Assembly: GCF_004010195.1 (NCBI RefSeq)
Contig: NC_057718.1
Location: 90,231,274-90,282,116, forward strand
DNA length: 50,843 nt
From: Chiloscyllium plagiosum
Taxonomy: Eukaryota
Direction of reading: 5' to 3'
Shown here in pieces: positions 35,628 through 48,998 of this stretch. The notes under the pieces are model-generated. The model searched no databases. It was not told the origin of the DNA and saw nothing but the letters and a program-made list of their open reading frames with translations. The first letter of the stretch is position 1, and each line of letters opens with the position of its first letter. The position numbers and the translations under genes were made by a program.

Positions 35628-36820
35628 ACCAGACGCAAGAGATCAAACAATGATGGGTCGGGCTTTGCGATGGAGTTAATAACATTTTGAAATGGCGATC
35701 ACACACACACACACAGATGGTCCACTTTTATACTCAACATGCAAATTGACTCCTGCTTTTGGATGGAATTTTCAAGGCTTCAGAAGTTGAATTGTAAACT
35801 GACGTCTAGGGTAAACAGAGACTGAAGTAAACACTGACTGCTTTTCCCTTGGCATTGCTGATTTATATTGTGGAGTTTACAATTTTGTCTTCCTCTGTTT
35901 TATTAGACTGTAGTGGGCACTGGTAATTAGTGTTCTACAGTTCACAACCAGATAATGACCCCTCCACAGAAGGATTAATGGTTATGATGAACTATTAATG
36001 TTTACTGAATGTCAATAACTCAACAGTGGAAAATTAAGCTGTTAGCACATCTTACAGCATTCTGTTTTCCCTGTGGTGATTTTTCCTTAATTCTATTTTT
36101 CAGTAGCATGAGAGCTTTTTCAGTGTGGTAAGCGAAAACAGACAACAAAGACCAGCCTCATCTGACACTTTTGTCCTGATTTTCACTTCCACAATCTTGA
36201 AATTTACACTCAAGCCTAAAATCAGAATTTACCACCCCCATTCTGTCCAGCCCAAGGTCAAAACACTACAGGTCCTCAGCCATCTCTTCTGCAGCTCAAG
36301 GAAGCTCTAGGAATCTTGATGCTCCCCCAGGAACCATGGTGGTTCCCTGGTGCTAAGTTCCTGCTGGTCCAGATGACCTAAAGGATTGTCGTGGACACTT
36401 GTGAATGATAAGCACTATAAAGAATCTCAATAATTGATCCATGCCAAATCTCCTACTGGGGGACCTGTATTGTATACGGTTCCAAAATTATTCCCTGTCT
36501 GTTCTTGCAAAGTTCTTTGCGGGAATTTCCTGTGCAAATGCAGTACAGTTTATCGGGATGAAAAATATGAGCGATGAACAGGTAGCTACACAAAAAGAAA
36601 TTACAAATACCCACCATTTTATTATAGACAGGTAGGAGTTGAGCATTCACCTGCTTCCCCATTGCTTGAGATGATATTGACTTCACCCAGGGGCTGTAAA
36701 CAAAAGATAGTCAGCAATAAATCCTATAAAGAGCTCAGGAGAAGTTAGAATATGTTGAAAATGTGGTGCGATTAAGGTGACATTAGATATGCACAAGATG
36801 GAGAAAAGAAAAGAAGAATT

Positions 36821-37158
36821 TGGGTGGCATGGTGGCTCAGTGGTTAGCACAACTGCCTCACAGTGCTAGGGGCCTGGGTTCAATTCCAGCCTTGGGTGAC
36901 TGTCTGTGTGGAGTTTGCACATTCTCCCTGTGTCTGTGCAGGTTTTCTCCCACAGTCCAAAGATGTGCAGGTTAGGTGAATTGCCCACGCTAAATTGCCC
37001 ATAGTGTTCAGGGATGTATGGGCTAGGTGCATTAGTCAGGGGTAAATGTAGAGTAATAGTGTAGGGGAATGGGTCTGGGTGGGTTACTCTTCAAAGGGTC
37101 GGCATGGACTTGTTAGGCCAAAACTGATCCGTTTCTACTCTGTAGGCATTCTATGATT
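36821..37158 (+). mobile_element. HE1 SINE, within a decayed CR1 tail
   Basis: gggtggcatggtggctcagtggttagc head, V-domain, attctatgatt tail. Confidence 0.9.
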
Positions 37159-37621
37159 GTTGATGTGCTCATCCAGACAGACATTGGGCTCAATGGCTTG
37201 CCTCTTTGCTGCAAATTCTATTTAATTCAAATCCCTCCAAGGTTCATCTTTCCCTACTTCTCAGTTCTCCTTCAGTATTCCCAAATATGTGAAGCCCAAT
37301 GATTAAGGAGAGAGAACTGTTAGGAACTGAAGTCTAACTTAGCAGAAAGAGACTGTATGTATCCAGTAAATTGAGGGATCTTGCAGAAAGTCCCAAGGAC
37401 TCCAATGGCATTACTTTGGGAGACAAAAGAGATTTGGAACCAGAACGCAGCAGATTGTGGCATCAGCAGAAAGGGCGAAAAGAAACATTGAAGTGAGCAA
37501 CAGAAGTGAAGTTCACCGTCAAGAAGAAAAGAGAATTCTATTTCGAAGATGTACCTGGATGTCAGGGACATTGCGGGTGGAGCAAAAATTTGGAGACTTC
37601 GATTCCTGCCTCGCACGACTA

Positions 37622-38858
37622 TCTGTGTGGAGTTTGCACATTCTCCCCGTGACTGCATGAGCTTCCTGTGGGTGCTCTGGATTCCTCCCACAATCCAAAG
37701 ATGTGCAGGTCAGGTAAATTGGCCACACTAGATTGCCCATAGTGTTCAGGGATGTGTAGGCTAGGTGCATTAGTCAGGGATAAATGTAGAGTAATAGAGT
37801 GGGGGAATGGGTCTGGGTGGGTTAGTCTTCAGAGCGTTGTTGTGGACTTGTTGGGCCAGACTGTTTCTGCACTGTAGGGCTTCTATGGTGACGATACAGC
37901 ACTGTATGAAGAGGTGTGATGGACATTTAACACTTACGTCAGTGTTTGTCGAAATTGAACTACTGAATGGCCAAAGTTTAAAGGTAGAAAATAAAGGTCA
38001 GGGGTCAACATGAATTCCTTTATTCTCTAGCAGAGAATTGCATTTAATGAAGAGTTGATGAATGGAGCTTCATTAATGAAACAGCCAAAGATATTTGATC
38101 CTTGGATCAGAACCTGAAGGCTCAGTCAGGAGGATTTAAGATGTTTCCTTTTGTGCAAAGGTAATTTTCATTCAGAGTTTTATTGAAAAGATCCATGTGA
38201 GTTTCATAGAACCCCTACAGTGTGGAAGCAAGCCATTCGTCTGTGTGGAGTTTGCACATTCTCCCCGTGTCTGCATGAGTTTCCTGTGGGTGCTCTGGTT
38301 TCCTCCCACAATCCAAAGATGTGCAGGTCAGGTAAATTGGCCACACTAGATTGCCCCATAGTGTTCAGGGATGTGTAGGCTAGGTGCATTAGTCAGGGAT
38401 AAATGTAGAGTAATAGGGTGGGGGAATGGGTCTGGGTGGGTTAGTCTTCAGAACGTTGTTGTGGACTTGTTGGGCCAGACTGTTTCTGCACTGTAGGGCT
38501 TCCATGGTGACGATACAGCACTGTATGAAGAGGTGTGATGGACATTTAACACTTATGTCAGTGTTTGTCGAAATTGAACTACTGAATGGCCAAAGTTTAA
38601 AGGTAGAAAATAAAGGTCAGGGGTCAACATGAATTCCTTTATTCTCTAGCAGAGAATTGCATTTAATGAAGAGTTGATGAATGGAGCTTCATTAATGAAA
38701 CAGCCAAAGATATTTGATCCTTGGATCAGAACCTGAAGGCTCAGTCAGGAGGATTTAAGATGTTTCCTTTTGTGCAAAGGTAATTTTCATTCAGAGTTTT
38801 ATTGAAAAGATCCATGTGAGTTTCATAGAACCCCTACAGTGTGGAAGCAAGCCATTCG
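37622..38858 (+). repeat. Tandem duplication of a ~618-bp unit containing HE1 parts
   Basis: 37622-38239 vs 38240-38858; about 8 differences seen. Confidence 0.95.
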
Positions 38859-39167
38859 GTCTATCGAGTCCACACTGACCCTCTGAACAGCTTCCCACCC
38901 AGACCCACCCCCTACCCTATCCCTGTGACCCTGCATTTCCACTGGCTAATCCCCTAGCCTGTACATCCCTGGACACTATGGGGCAATTTAGCATGGCCAA
39001 TCCAACTAACCTGTGCATCTTTGGACTGTGGGAGGAAACTGGAGCACCTGGGGGAAATCCACGCAGACATGGGGGGAATGTACAACCTTCACGCAGTCAC
39101 CTGAGGCTGGGATCGGACCCAGGTCTTTGGTGCTGTGAAGCAGCAGTGCTAACCACTGTGCTGCCCT
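38823..39167 (-). mobile_element. HE1 SINE
   Basis: tcatagaacccctacagtgtgg tail to aaccactgtgctgccc head. Confidence 0.9.
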
Positions 39168-39445
39168 AAAATTGAAATTTTAAAAGCAAGGATGCTTATA
39201 GTTCATCCCCGCACCCATCTTCTTGATTACAAATCGACTCACTGGAACAGTCACTATTTTTCCAAACTCACTAACATTAAAAAAAAAGCTTCTCTTGGCA
39301 AAATGGCGGCGATTCTGTAGAACTGCTGTGGACTGCTCTGCCCAACAGACAAGGCATGCTGGTGTTTTTTGCCATCCCTGGCCAATGTATGTGGAGGAAT
39401 TATTAATTTAAAACCTTACAGAACACATATTTGGGAGTGGGGAGG

Positions 39446-40159
39446 ATGCCAAAGGAAAAGGAGCAGGCAAATAGCAGCAGGGAGGACACTCCCTTGCAGC
39501 ACCTACAACACCAGAGACTGCAGCCAACAGCAGCCTCTCCTGAACCCCCCAGGGACCTGACAGACTCGCAGGAATTGGCTGCGGAAATGGAGAAACTTAC
39601 CTTGAAAGTTGCGGCTGCGATTGAGGAAATCCGTGGGGAGATTCGTGCCCAGGTCCAACCTATCGCATCCATGCTGCAGAAGCATGAGCAGGAGATCAAA
39701 GGCCTCGGGGAGAGGGTAGAGGAGGTGGAGGGTCGAAATAAGGCCTCGGAAGCTGCGATGGAGTCCTCATCCAGTCAGATCCAGGTGCTGGAGCGAGAGG
39801 TGTGGGCTTTGCGAAACCATATTGACGACCTCGACAATTGAGGTCGGAGGATAAATCTCCGAATTGTCGGGCTCCCTGAAGGTGAAGGTGAGCAGCCAGT
39901 CATAGAAACTTCCAGATCCCTGGGAAAAGATCCACAGGCGCTGCTGTATAAGGGGTCAAAAATCATGTTTTTCCAGGATTTTTCAGCAGCTGTAATCCCA
40001 AAGAGGAAGTCCTTCGATGAAGTTAAAAAGAGGCTGAGGAACCTGGGCATCCAGTACTCCATGAGATACCCCGCAGTACTTCGTTTCAGCTACCAGGACT
40101 CAGTTTATACATTTGACTCGGCGAATAAGGCTAAAAACTTTGTGGACACTTTAAAATAG
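39446..40159 (+). pseudogene. L1 ORF1 (nonsense codon at 39839, RRM deletion near 39895)
   Basis: MPKEKEQ..., DDLDN*GRRINLRIVGLPE, YKGSKIMFFQDFS, YSMRYPAVL. Confidence 0.88.
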
Positions 40160-40772
40160 ACAGATTGGCCCGAAGAATATGGTTAATGTTTGTGCTCTTT
40201 TCTATCTTTCCCCATGTTTTCCTTTTTTTTTATTCCTTTCTTTCTCCCTAATAATTTCCTTTTTGGAAAGTGGGAGAGAAATCTTTGGAATAAGTTGTTC
40301 CTTTTTTTAATAACTGGATTTTCTGATGGGAAATTTTGTAGATGTTCTTTGCTGCCTCTCTCCCTTTGTTTTTTGTTTGTTCTGCTTCTCTTTTAGTCAC
40401 AAGTTGGGTTGTCATGAAGCCAGGGATGGGTGGAGGGCTCATCCTGACGTTGTCTTTTTTTCTGTTGATTTAAGGATCATCTCCTTGTTTATTTCTGGCC
40501 TAAGGCTGGGGCACAGTCCAGGTTTGAAGGAGCTGTGAAGAATTGGATGGGTAGGGCGAGTGCCCCCTATGGGCAGGGAGAAGAGTCTTCCATTCAAGGT
40601 TCTATAGTTGGTTTTCTTTGTAGTTTTTTGGTAGTAATAGTTGTTTCTAGTTATGATAGAGTAGTTTTTGTATATATAGTTTTTCGATGCTATGAGTCTT
40701 TATTTACTTATGCTCAGTGCTTTGTAAGCAGGGTTCTCCCTCCAGGGGGTTCAAGGATGTCTGAAAGGGGAT

Positions 40773-43700
40773 ATGGCTAAGTGTCTTGTTAAATGGTGCA
40801 CCTGGAACATTAAGGGAAGTCATTCGCCTGTTAAAAGGAAAAAGTTGTTTTCTAGCCTTAAGAGGGAAAGGGTTGATATTGCTTTGTTGCAGGAAACCTA
40901 TCTTGATGATGGGGAACATCTGAAATTACAACAGGGGGGTTACGACCAGGTGTTCTTTTCATCCTTTACTACTAAAAGTAAGGGAGTGGCGGTATTTATC
41001 CAGAAAAACCTTCCGTTCACATTATTAGAGCAGGTGAAAGATGAGCAGGGATGGTTTGTGATACTTAAAGCCCTGACACATGAGGAGGAATATGGCATTT
41101 TAAATGTCTACTGTCCTCTGGCACATCCCCTCAAATTTTTGATTTGGGCTTTCTGTTAGTTGAGTGCTTTTGGAACACGGCACATTATTATAGGGGGGTA
41201 TTTTAATTGTCTTTTGGATCAGACAGTAGACAGGATGCCTTCTGGGCCCCCAACTATTGCTTCACAGGCCAAGCAGATGGTTGACTTATGCGAGGAGTTG
41301 GGACTGGTGGATATTTGGAGAGGTCTTCACCCTACTGGCAGGGACTTTACCTTTTTTTCAAACCCACATAAATGTCACACGAGGATTGACCTCTTTCTGG
41401 CTCCCTCAGCCCTTCTGGCTTCGATTATGAGTTATAAAATTGGGAATATAACTATCTCTGATCACGCAGCAGTATATTTGGAGGTTAAGGCCAAGAGTGA
41501 AGGGCTAGGTTTGCGGCACTGGCGTTTGGACCCTTTTCTCCTTCAGGATTCCAAATTTGTGGAATACATTTTGAAGGAGTTTCAGGAATTCTTGACTATC
41601 AACTCAGGCATGGCTAGTAGTCCGTCCATGCTATGGGAGACTGCTAAGGCCTTTGCTAGGGGATTAGCTATTTCCTATTCGGCTAGCTGGAAACGACAGA
41701 AGGAGGAACAGCAGCGTCTATTTGAGACGCGGTTGAAAGCCGCCGAGGCAGCACATTATGCGCGGCCTTCGGTGACTAAGCTACAGTGGATCACGGCCCT
41801 TCGGGCTGCCTTCAACCAACTTCCTGGTGAGTTTTATAAGGAGTTGAAAGGGATTCTGTCAGGGCTGATGTTGGAGATGTACAATCACTCCTATATGCAT
41901 GAATGCCTACCGCCATCTTTGAGAGATGCTAATATTTCATTAATTCTTAAGAAGGGGAAAGTTCCTGAGGAACATACAGGCCCATCTCTCTATTAAATTC
42001 AGATTTCAAGATTCTGTCCAAGATCCTGGCGCTGAGATTGGAAAGGGTGTTGCCCCATATTATTAAAGAGGACCAGACAGGCTTTATAAAGGGCCCTAGG
42101 TCCTCTAATAATATTAGAAGGTTGCTGAATGTGGTTCAAGTTTGTCAGCAACGATCGATTCAGGGGTTGGTGATTTCCTTAGATGCAGAGAAAGCATTTG
42201 ACCGGGTGGAATGGCCGTATCTTTTTTATGTCTTAGAACAGTTCGGGTTGGGTGGAGTCATTGCTAGGTGGGTGGAGGTTTTATATCACCACCCTCTGGC
42301 AGCGGTCATCGCCAATGAGGTGAAGTTTGTGAATTTTACGATTGGTAGGGGTAGTCGGCAAGGCTGCCCCCTCTCACCGTTGTTGTTTACGTTGGTGATA
42401 GAGCAGCTGGCAGAGGCCATTCGTCAGAACGTCCACATAACCACTCCAGAAGTGGGATCGAGGGCAAACAAGATTACACTGTACGCAGATGATGTCCTTC
42501 TGTTTTTATTGAACCCAACACCTCCGTACCCCATTTGATACAATGTATCAATTAATTTGGGGCTATTTCAGGATATAAGATCAACTTTTCAAAATCGGAG
42601 GCTGTGCCTTTGGGGAACCTTAAGGATGTGCCAGAAGTTGAAGGTGGCTCTAAGTTCCCTTTAAAGTGGTCACGGGCAGGGTTTTGGTACCTAGGCATTT
42701 TTATAACCCCCAGGTTTGATGTTATTTCGGACTAACTTAGCTCACTTGCTTGACAATACTAAGCGGGATCTCCAGAGATGGGAGGCTCTTCCAACTTCAT
42801 GGCTGGGCCGAATATCTCTCATTAAGTTGAATGTTCTTCCTCGTTTGCTTTATCCCATGTATATGCTCCCTATAATGTTTCCCAGGTCAATGCTGTGGAA
42901 GCTTATGGGGTGGATTTGGTTCCTTCGTCTGGCATCGTGGGCGGCCCCTCATCAAACTTACTAAATTGCAGTTGCCTCAAGGAGGGGGAGGAGTTGATTT
43001 CCCAGACATCAGAAGGTATCAATTGAGTTCCCTGCTGTCCTTTGTCTGCGATTGGATAGGTAACGATCCAAACGCAATGTGGCTGGATATTGAGGCCTCC
43101 CAAGCAAAGTGCCCTCTTATTAACCTGTTGTTCAGGGATGAGGACAGTTATGGACCACTGCTGGAACCCCATTGTCATTAGTACAGTCAAGGCATGGAGG
43201 GCGATGCGTCAGAGTGAGGGTTGTTTATCCAAGACGTCGCCACTTATTCCTATAGTTGGCATACCAGGGTTCCAACCAGGGATAATGGACTCAGGGTTCA
43301 AACTATGAGCAGCGAGAGGAGTTTCTAGTTTAGGAGACTTGTTTGAGGGGGAGGTTATGATGTCTTTTGAGCAACTAAGCTACAAATACCGGCTGCCCAG
43401 CAAAGATGTTTTCCATTTTTTTCAGGTTAGGGATTTCATCCAGAAGAAGACTATGCTTCTCACTAAGCCCTATAAGCCCGATACAGAGAGGTTGTTGCTA
43501 CGCCCCACAAGCACCCTTTCAGTTAGTGCTCTCTATCGCCTGCTGGGTGGCAGGGCCTGGCAGGATATTAACCAGTTATGTGAGGTCTGGGAGCAAGAGT
43601 TGGGAGTGGAGATCTCTTCTGAAACATGGGAGAACATATGGGAGAATACTCGAAAGATCTCAATCTGTAATAGGACATGCACTACGCAGTTAAAAGTTCT

Positions 43701-44180
43701 GCACAGGGCTCATCTGGCACCAGACCGTCTGGCGAAGTTTAAAAAAAGGGGAATCTTCAGTGTGCCCCAAATGTAAAATAAGTGTAGGTACTCTTACCCA
43801 TTGCTTTTGGACTTGCCACAGGCCCAGTGTTTATTGGAGCGCGTGGTGGGAGATAAGGAGGGTATTGAGAACTGAAGTCAAAGTAGTCCCGATATCTCTC
43901 CACTTATGTCTACCGAATTTACCATCTTTAGACGGACATGGGAAGAAACTTTTTAAATATTCTTGCATGCTGTGCATGGAAGAATATTCTGATGAATTGG
44001 GTGTCTGAGAACCTGCCGGGCTTGCTGGGATGGCAGAAATTCATTATGGAGCACATTTCCTTGGACCTTTTTACAAATGTGGTGCACAACACAACAGACC
44101 ATTTTTATAAGACATGGCAGCCCTACCTGAGTTATTTGGATATAGATTTATCAGTTATCTTAACTAGGGTGTTTGTTTAA
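40773..44180 (+). pseudogene. L1 ORF2 (APE-RT-Cys knuckle), disrupted
   Basis: WCTWNIKG, LQETY, ISDH, SLDAEKAFDRVEW, RQGCPLSPLLF, LYADD, CPKC...HCFWTC; deletion near 41815. Confidence 0.93.
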
Positions 44181-45459
44181 CCAGGATAGTTAGATTTGTC
44201 AAGAACTGGGCCCTGGAGGGGGTCTCCTGAGTTAATGTGGGTATATACACAACGCTCCTGTTCCTCTGTTTGGGAGCTTTGCGCAGGGCATAGCTGGTCA
44301 GCATTCTGTGTTTTTTTTTACTTTTCTTTCTTTTTTTTTGGTGTTGCTTTGTTTTGTATTAGAGGGTAGGTTAATAGTTAGGAGACAATAGTTGTATTGT
44401 TTTTGTATTTGTTTTCTTTTTATTATACTGATATTTGTTATTGATTTATTTTTCAATAATTTTGTATGTTTGTAAAGTTAAAAGAAATTGCTAATAACTA
44501 TATTTACAAAAAAAAGCTTCATTAAAATATAAAAACCTAAAATCAAAATTTGGCAAGTTGCAGTTCTGATGTCAATTTTTAGCTAAAATAAGACATAGAA
44601 GAAGTATTGGAATGAAAATAGGATGGGAATCAGATGATTATGTGGGTAGATAGGACAGTTTGGACCACAGGTTTTCAAATGGTAAAATAGCCAGGTTTTG
44701 TGTTACTGAATGATAAGACTGCATTGAAACAGGTACCTTCATTAACAAGACATAATAGTATACAAGTTTCTAACTGCTAGACTATATTGGAAATATTGGT
44801 GAGGGAGCACCATTTCATAATTGCAAAGCAAACACAAGAAACAATAATTAGCAAAATTCTGAAAGTGTATAGCATCTGTTTGAGGGATTATTTTAATATA
44901 AACTTTAATCAGAACTGATTAATGTCTTCAGTGGGGTTGGAAAATTGAATCTAGATTTCAGTTGGTGTTCAGAAATGCATTGCAATGTTTAAAAAAGACG
45001 CTCACACAACTTTGATCATCAGCATGTTTGAAGGGAAGATTTAATTATTTGCTCATCTCAGCGATATCAAGGACTGAAGAACTCTCAACTCATTGAAATG
45101 CCACAGATTACATTAGCACATTGTACCTAATTGCACAATCTCAAAGCAATAGTCACAAAAAACCCTCCATTTTAGAATTGCAACATTGCAGCGATAGTTT
45201 GTTCAAAATTATAATGGTTAATTCTCAATTGCCAAGAGCACAGTACATAATTGACAAAGTCAATGGTTGAAGCTTATACAGCTAAAATTAGTAACCCCTC
45301 ACTTCCAGTGGTAAATATATAACTTTGATGATGTTCTTAGAAAGATCTGACTCTGTTGATCAACGGGTAGAGAAACAAAATTCTGCAAATAGTTTATTAT
45401 TCTTTTCTGCAATTGCTTATTTTGGTTTCAAAACACATTATCCACTTTAGGTCTGATTA

Positions 45460-45945
45460 AAAAAAGAGAACAGAATATTTTCTAAACAGTGAAAAAGCCA
45501 GAAACAGGAGACCAGAATTCCAAAATGGTTTAGGAGTCCAGGTACATAAACTATTTTAGTGTCATAACTAGGTATTGGAAGTATTCAAACAGATCAATAC
45601 CATGCAAGTCTGTAGACCTAGAGGCTTCGAAGACAAGGAGTAGAAATCATCTTAATGTGTACAATGCCATGGTTAGAGCATGAGTTGGAGATGGCGGTGT
45701 TGGACTGGAGTGGACAAAGTTAAAAATCACACAGCACCAGGTTATAGTCCAACAGGTTTATTTGGAAGCACCAGCTTTCAAAGCACTGCTCCTTCTTCAA
45801 GTGGTTCAACCACCTGTTGAAGAAACAGCAGTTCAAAAGCTAGTGCTTCGAAATTAAACCATTTGGACGATAACTTAGTGTTGTGTGATTTTTAACAATG
45901 GTTAGAGCAGACCTAGAGTGCTGGGAGCAGTTTCTGGAGTCAAAA
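45460..45945 (+). mobile_element. Highly decayed CR1 fragment, host of the 45681 insertion
   Basis: agaatattttctaaacagtgaaa, tttaggagtccaggtacata, atggttagagcagacctagagtgctgggagcagtt. Confidence 0.55.
45681..45897 (-). mobile_element. Palindromic Penelope-like mini-insertion (further family) with decayed hammerheads on both arms
   Basis: Inverted arms spanning 45719-45896, ~38 bp tail; TSD atggttagagca at 45669-45680 and 45898-45909; cores resemble CTGAnGA-aggagc..gct-GAAAGCTA. Confidence 0.8.
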
Positions 45946-45948
45946 ACT

Positions 45949-46185
45949 GGGTGGCATGGTGGCTCAGTGGTTAGTACTGCTGCCTTACAGTGTCAGGGAC
46001 CCAGGTTCAATTTCAGCCTCAGATAACTTCCTGCGTGGAGTTTGTACAGTCTCCCTGGAATGTGCTGCCTGGGAGGGTAGTTGAGGTGGGAAACCTTCTA
46101 GTACTGCTGCCTTACAGTGTCAGGGACCCAGGTTCAATTTCAGCCTCAGATAACTTCCTGCGTGGAGTTTGTACAGTCTCCCTGG
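45949..46185 (+). mobile_element. HE1 SINE 5' fragment with internal 87-bp duplication
   Basis: gggtggcatggtggctcagtggttag head; 45972-46058 is identical to 46099-46185. Confidence 0.85.
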
Positions 46186-46784
46186 GTCCAGCTTTCTTTT
46201 TGGCTTTCAATACAGAGGCAACAACTTCCTCTCTCAGTACAATCATCTGGCTTCTACTGTGACTTCATTTTAACTGGCCACAAGAGGACAGTCCCCAGGA
46301 GATATCCCATGAGTAAAACAGCCACTGCATTTCTGTCTGAAACATAGGGACCAGAGGGTCATATGTAAATAAAAAGCCAGTGTAAGTTAAATAAGGTAGT
46401 GCCTTTCCTCATAAAGACTGGTTGAAGTTTGGAACTCTCTTCACTAAAAGCAATCAATGTAAGGTCAATGTTTCTGAGCCAGATTTGACTGTAATTCATG
46501 TGACCTCTTATCCAGTCATTCCTCTGGTCTTTCCTCAAGTTTCAATCTTCATTGGTCATGGATATAGTCTGTTTCCCCACTGACACTGAGGGCTCATTGC
46601 CTTTGCTGTACTGCCATCAGCAAAATGAAGATGCATATCACAAAATGCCCACTCCAGAAAATCCTAGGCCAATATATTTTTTGTTAAAGTGATTTTTTCC
46701 CTAACAAATCTGGCAAGTTTCCTTTGATGCTGACTGTATAGGTACTGAGTAATGTGGCCCAGCAGGTTTCTAAGGAGCACACCA

Positions 46785-47160
46785 GACTGAGAGGGGACCT
46801 GATGGAGGTGTATAAGCTTAGGACGGGTGTGAACAGCTTGGATAGAAAGCAGCAGTTCCCCTGAGTCAAAGGGTCAGTAGCGAATTGGCATAATTTTAAG
46901 GTGAAATGCAGAAGAATTAGAGGGGATTTGAGGAACTATATTTTGACCTAGTGGGTTGTGAGAATCTGGAATGTGCTGCCTGGGAGGGTAGTTGAGGTGG
47001 GAAACCTTCCAACCTTTGAAGAGTGCTTGGATGAGCTCTTGTCATAATATTCAAGGGTCTGGGGCAAGTGCTGGAAAGTGGGACTAGTGTAAATTTAGAT
47101 TCGTGTTGTCGGTGTTGGCTTGATGGGCTAAAAGACCTCTTCTGTACTGTATGATTTTCT
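46785..47160 (+). mobile_element. CR1 3' fragment
   Basis: RLRGDLMEVYKL; tctgtactgtatgattttcta tail. Confidence 0.8.
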
Positions 47161-47689
47161 ACGAAAGGTATCTTCTTGATTAAGCAATGTTTTCTCAGCT
47201 TGTGTAGCATGACCATCTGTAGCTTATTCAATAACACTTACTGACTACTTCATCTTGTAAGTTAATGTAAATGCTTTGAAGAAATGAGCCAAAATTGCAG
47301 GGTGCATTGTGCAATGAACAACTGTCGTCCTGTCTTCTTTTAATGTTAATTTCAGGTCCTAGAAGGTTCAATAGTGTTTGTTGTCATGCGATTACATTAA
47401 TACCTTTAAACTGCAGTTAGAGCCATGTACTGGAGTTCTGCGACCCTGTTTACAATTTTCCAAGTCAAAGCTAGCAACAAGGAATTTGAGAATGTTTCAG
47501 TAAAGAGGTACTCCTCGTTTCCTGATACAAACAAGGTACAAACTGCAAGGTGACCATTCAGCTAAGTGAAGTGGTGTGGGAGATTACATGTTAAACATTC
47601 TAAATCTGGAGGGTCGGGTAATCTTATAGAAATATTGAAAAGCTCCATCCGTGACTTTATCATCAAGAATTATACAAATCGCTCTTGTA

Positions 47690-47797
47690 AAAGAAAGAAA
47701 ATTACTGAGAGCACTGGACATCTGAGATAAAAGTTACAAATACTCAGCAGGTCAGGCAGCACCAGGGGAGAGAGGAAAGTGAGTTACTGTTTCAGGC
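47690..47797 (-). mobile_element. Decayed Penelope-like 3' tail
   Basis: aatactcagcaggtcaggcagcacc...gagttactgtttcagg. Confidence 0.55.
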
Positions 47798-48244
47798 CAC
47801 TCTAGTATCAGCACTGTGGAAAGGATAGCTATCATTTGGACAGGGTTAGAAATCACGTGGTGTTAATGATAGTTGGCCTCTAACCCTTCATTCCCGTAGC
47901 TGCAACTAAAGTGACATCCGCTCGCACAGCTGATGATGAAAAGCGAACATTAATTTACAAACATGGGAACGTATTGATAACGGAACATAAATATCAGCAC
48001 CAAACTGTTCCCATGATGTTTGCCTTACTCCTGACCCTTCCACCAGGAATAGGAGCTGCCCCAGGGTCCGCAGCTGGCCCGGAGGCAGTCTGCCCCCTCA
48101 TGGAGATGGATGGATTTCTAGTCTGGGGCATATAACCTCAGGGCCATTTGCAGCTAGAGGGCACAGACCTGTTGAGTGTACCCCCACCTTGGTTCAACCT
48201 CAGTGGGTCGAACTCCCAAGGGGCTGTGGGTGGGGTTGGAGGAT

Positions 48245-48600
48245 CTAGAATCATAGAATCCCTACAGTGTGGAAGCAGGCCCTTCAGCTCAACAAGTCCT
48301 CACTGACCCTCCGTAGAGTAACCCAACCAGACCAATTCCTCCTACCCTTTTTTATATCTGGCTAATGCACCTAACCTATACACCCCTGAATACTATGGGC
48401 AATTTAGCATGGCCAACCCACCCAACTTACACATCTTTGGACTGTAGCAGGAAACCGGAGCACTCAGAGGAAACCCACGCAGACAGGGGGAGAGTGTGCA
48501 AACTCCACACAGACAATTGCCTGAGGCTGAACTGAACCTGGGCCCCTGGCGCTTTGAGGCAGCAATGCTAACCACTGACCACTGACCCACTATGCCACCG
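48245..48600 (-). mobile_element. HE1 SINE
   Basis: tagaatcatagaatccctacag tail, V-domain, head. Confidence 0.9.
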
Positions 48601-48872
48601 CAAGTCTGGACATGTCTGTAGGAGATACCTAGGGGGAGCGGGGTGGGGGGAGGGGGGAGGGTGGGGACAAGGTGTGGTAGCTAAATGGTTTCTCCTCTGG
48701 CCTGACCCTTTCTGTATGAGAAAATGGGCAGTGGAGGGGGGGAGGGCAGATGGGATAACCTCATCGTTGGCACTCAACATGATGGCTGCAGTGATGGAGC
48801 ACAGGAGCAGGGGTCGGCATGGAAACCCAGCAGATCCTGAGAGTGCGAGACCCTGGCTGTTCATGTCAGTTG

Positions 48873-48997
48873 AGGAGAAAGTGAGGTCTGCAGATGCTGG
48901 AGATCAGAGCTGGAAATGTGTTGCTGGAAAAGCGCAGCAGGTCAGGCAGCATCCAGGGAACAGGAGAATCGACGTTTCGGGCATAAGCCCTTCTTCA
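48873..48997 (-). mobile_element. Non-palindromic Penelope-derived mini-insertion (same family as 9663 and 21183)
   Basis: 14-bp TSD gttcatgtcagttg at 48859-48872 and 48998-49011. Confidence 0.93.
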
Positions 48998-48998
48998 G
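48971..48998 (-). ncRNA. Minimal hammerhead core (5' strand of stem I absent)
   Basis: Minus strand CTGAAGA-a-GGGC-ttat-GCCC-GAAACGTC. Confidence 0.65.

Larger units (their letters stand above)
39293..44507 (+). mobile_element. Near-full-length L1 LINE with internal deletions
   Basis: TSD aaaaaaaagcttc at 39280-39292 and 44508-44520 at a tt|aaaa site; ORF1, spacer, ORF2, T-rich 3' UTR. Confidence 0.95.
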
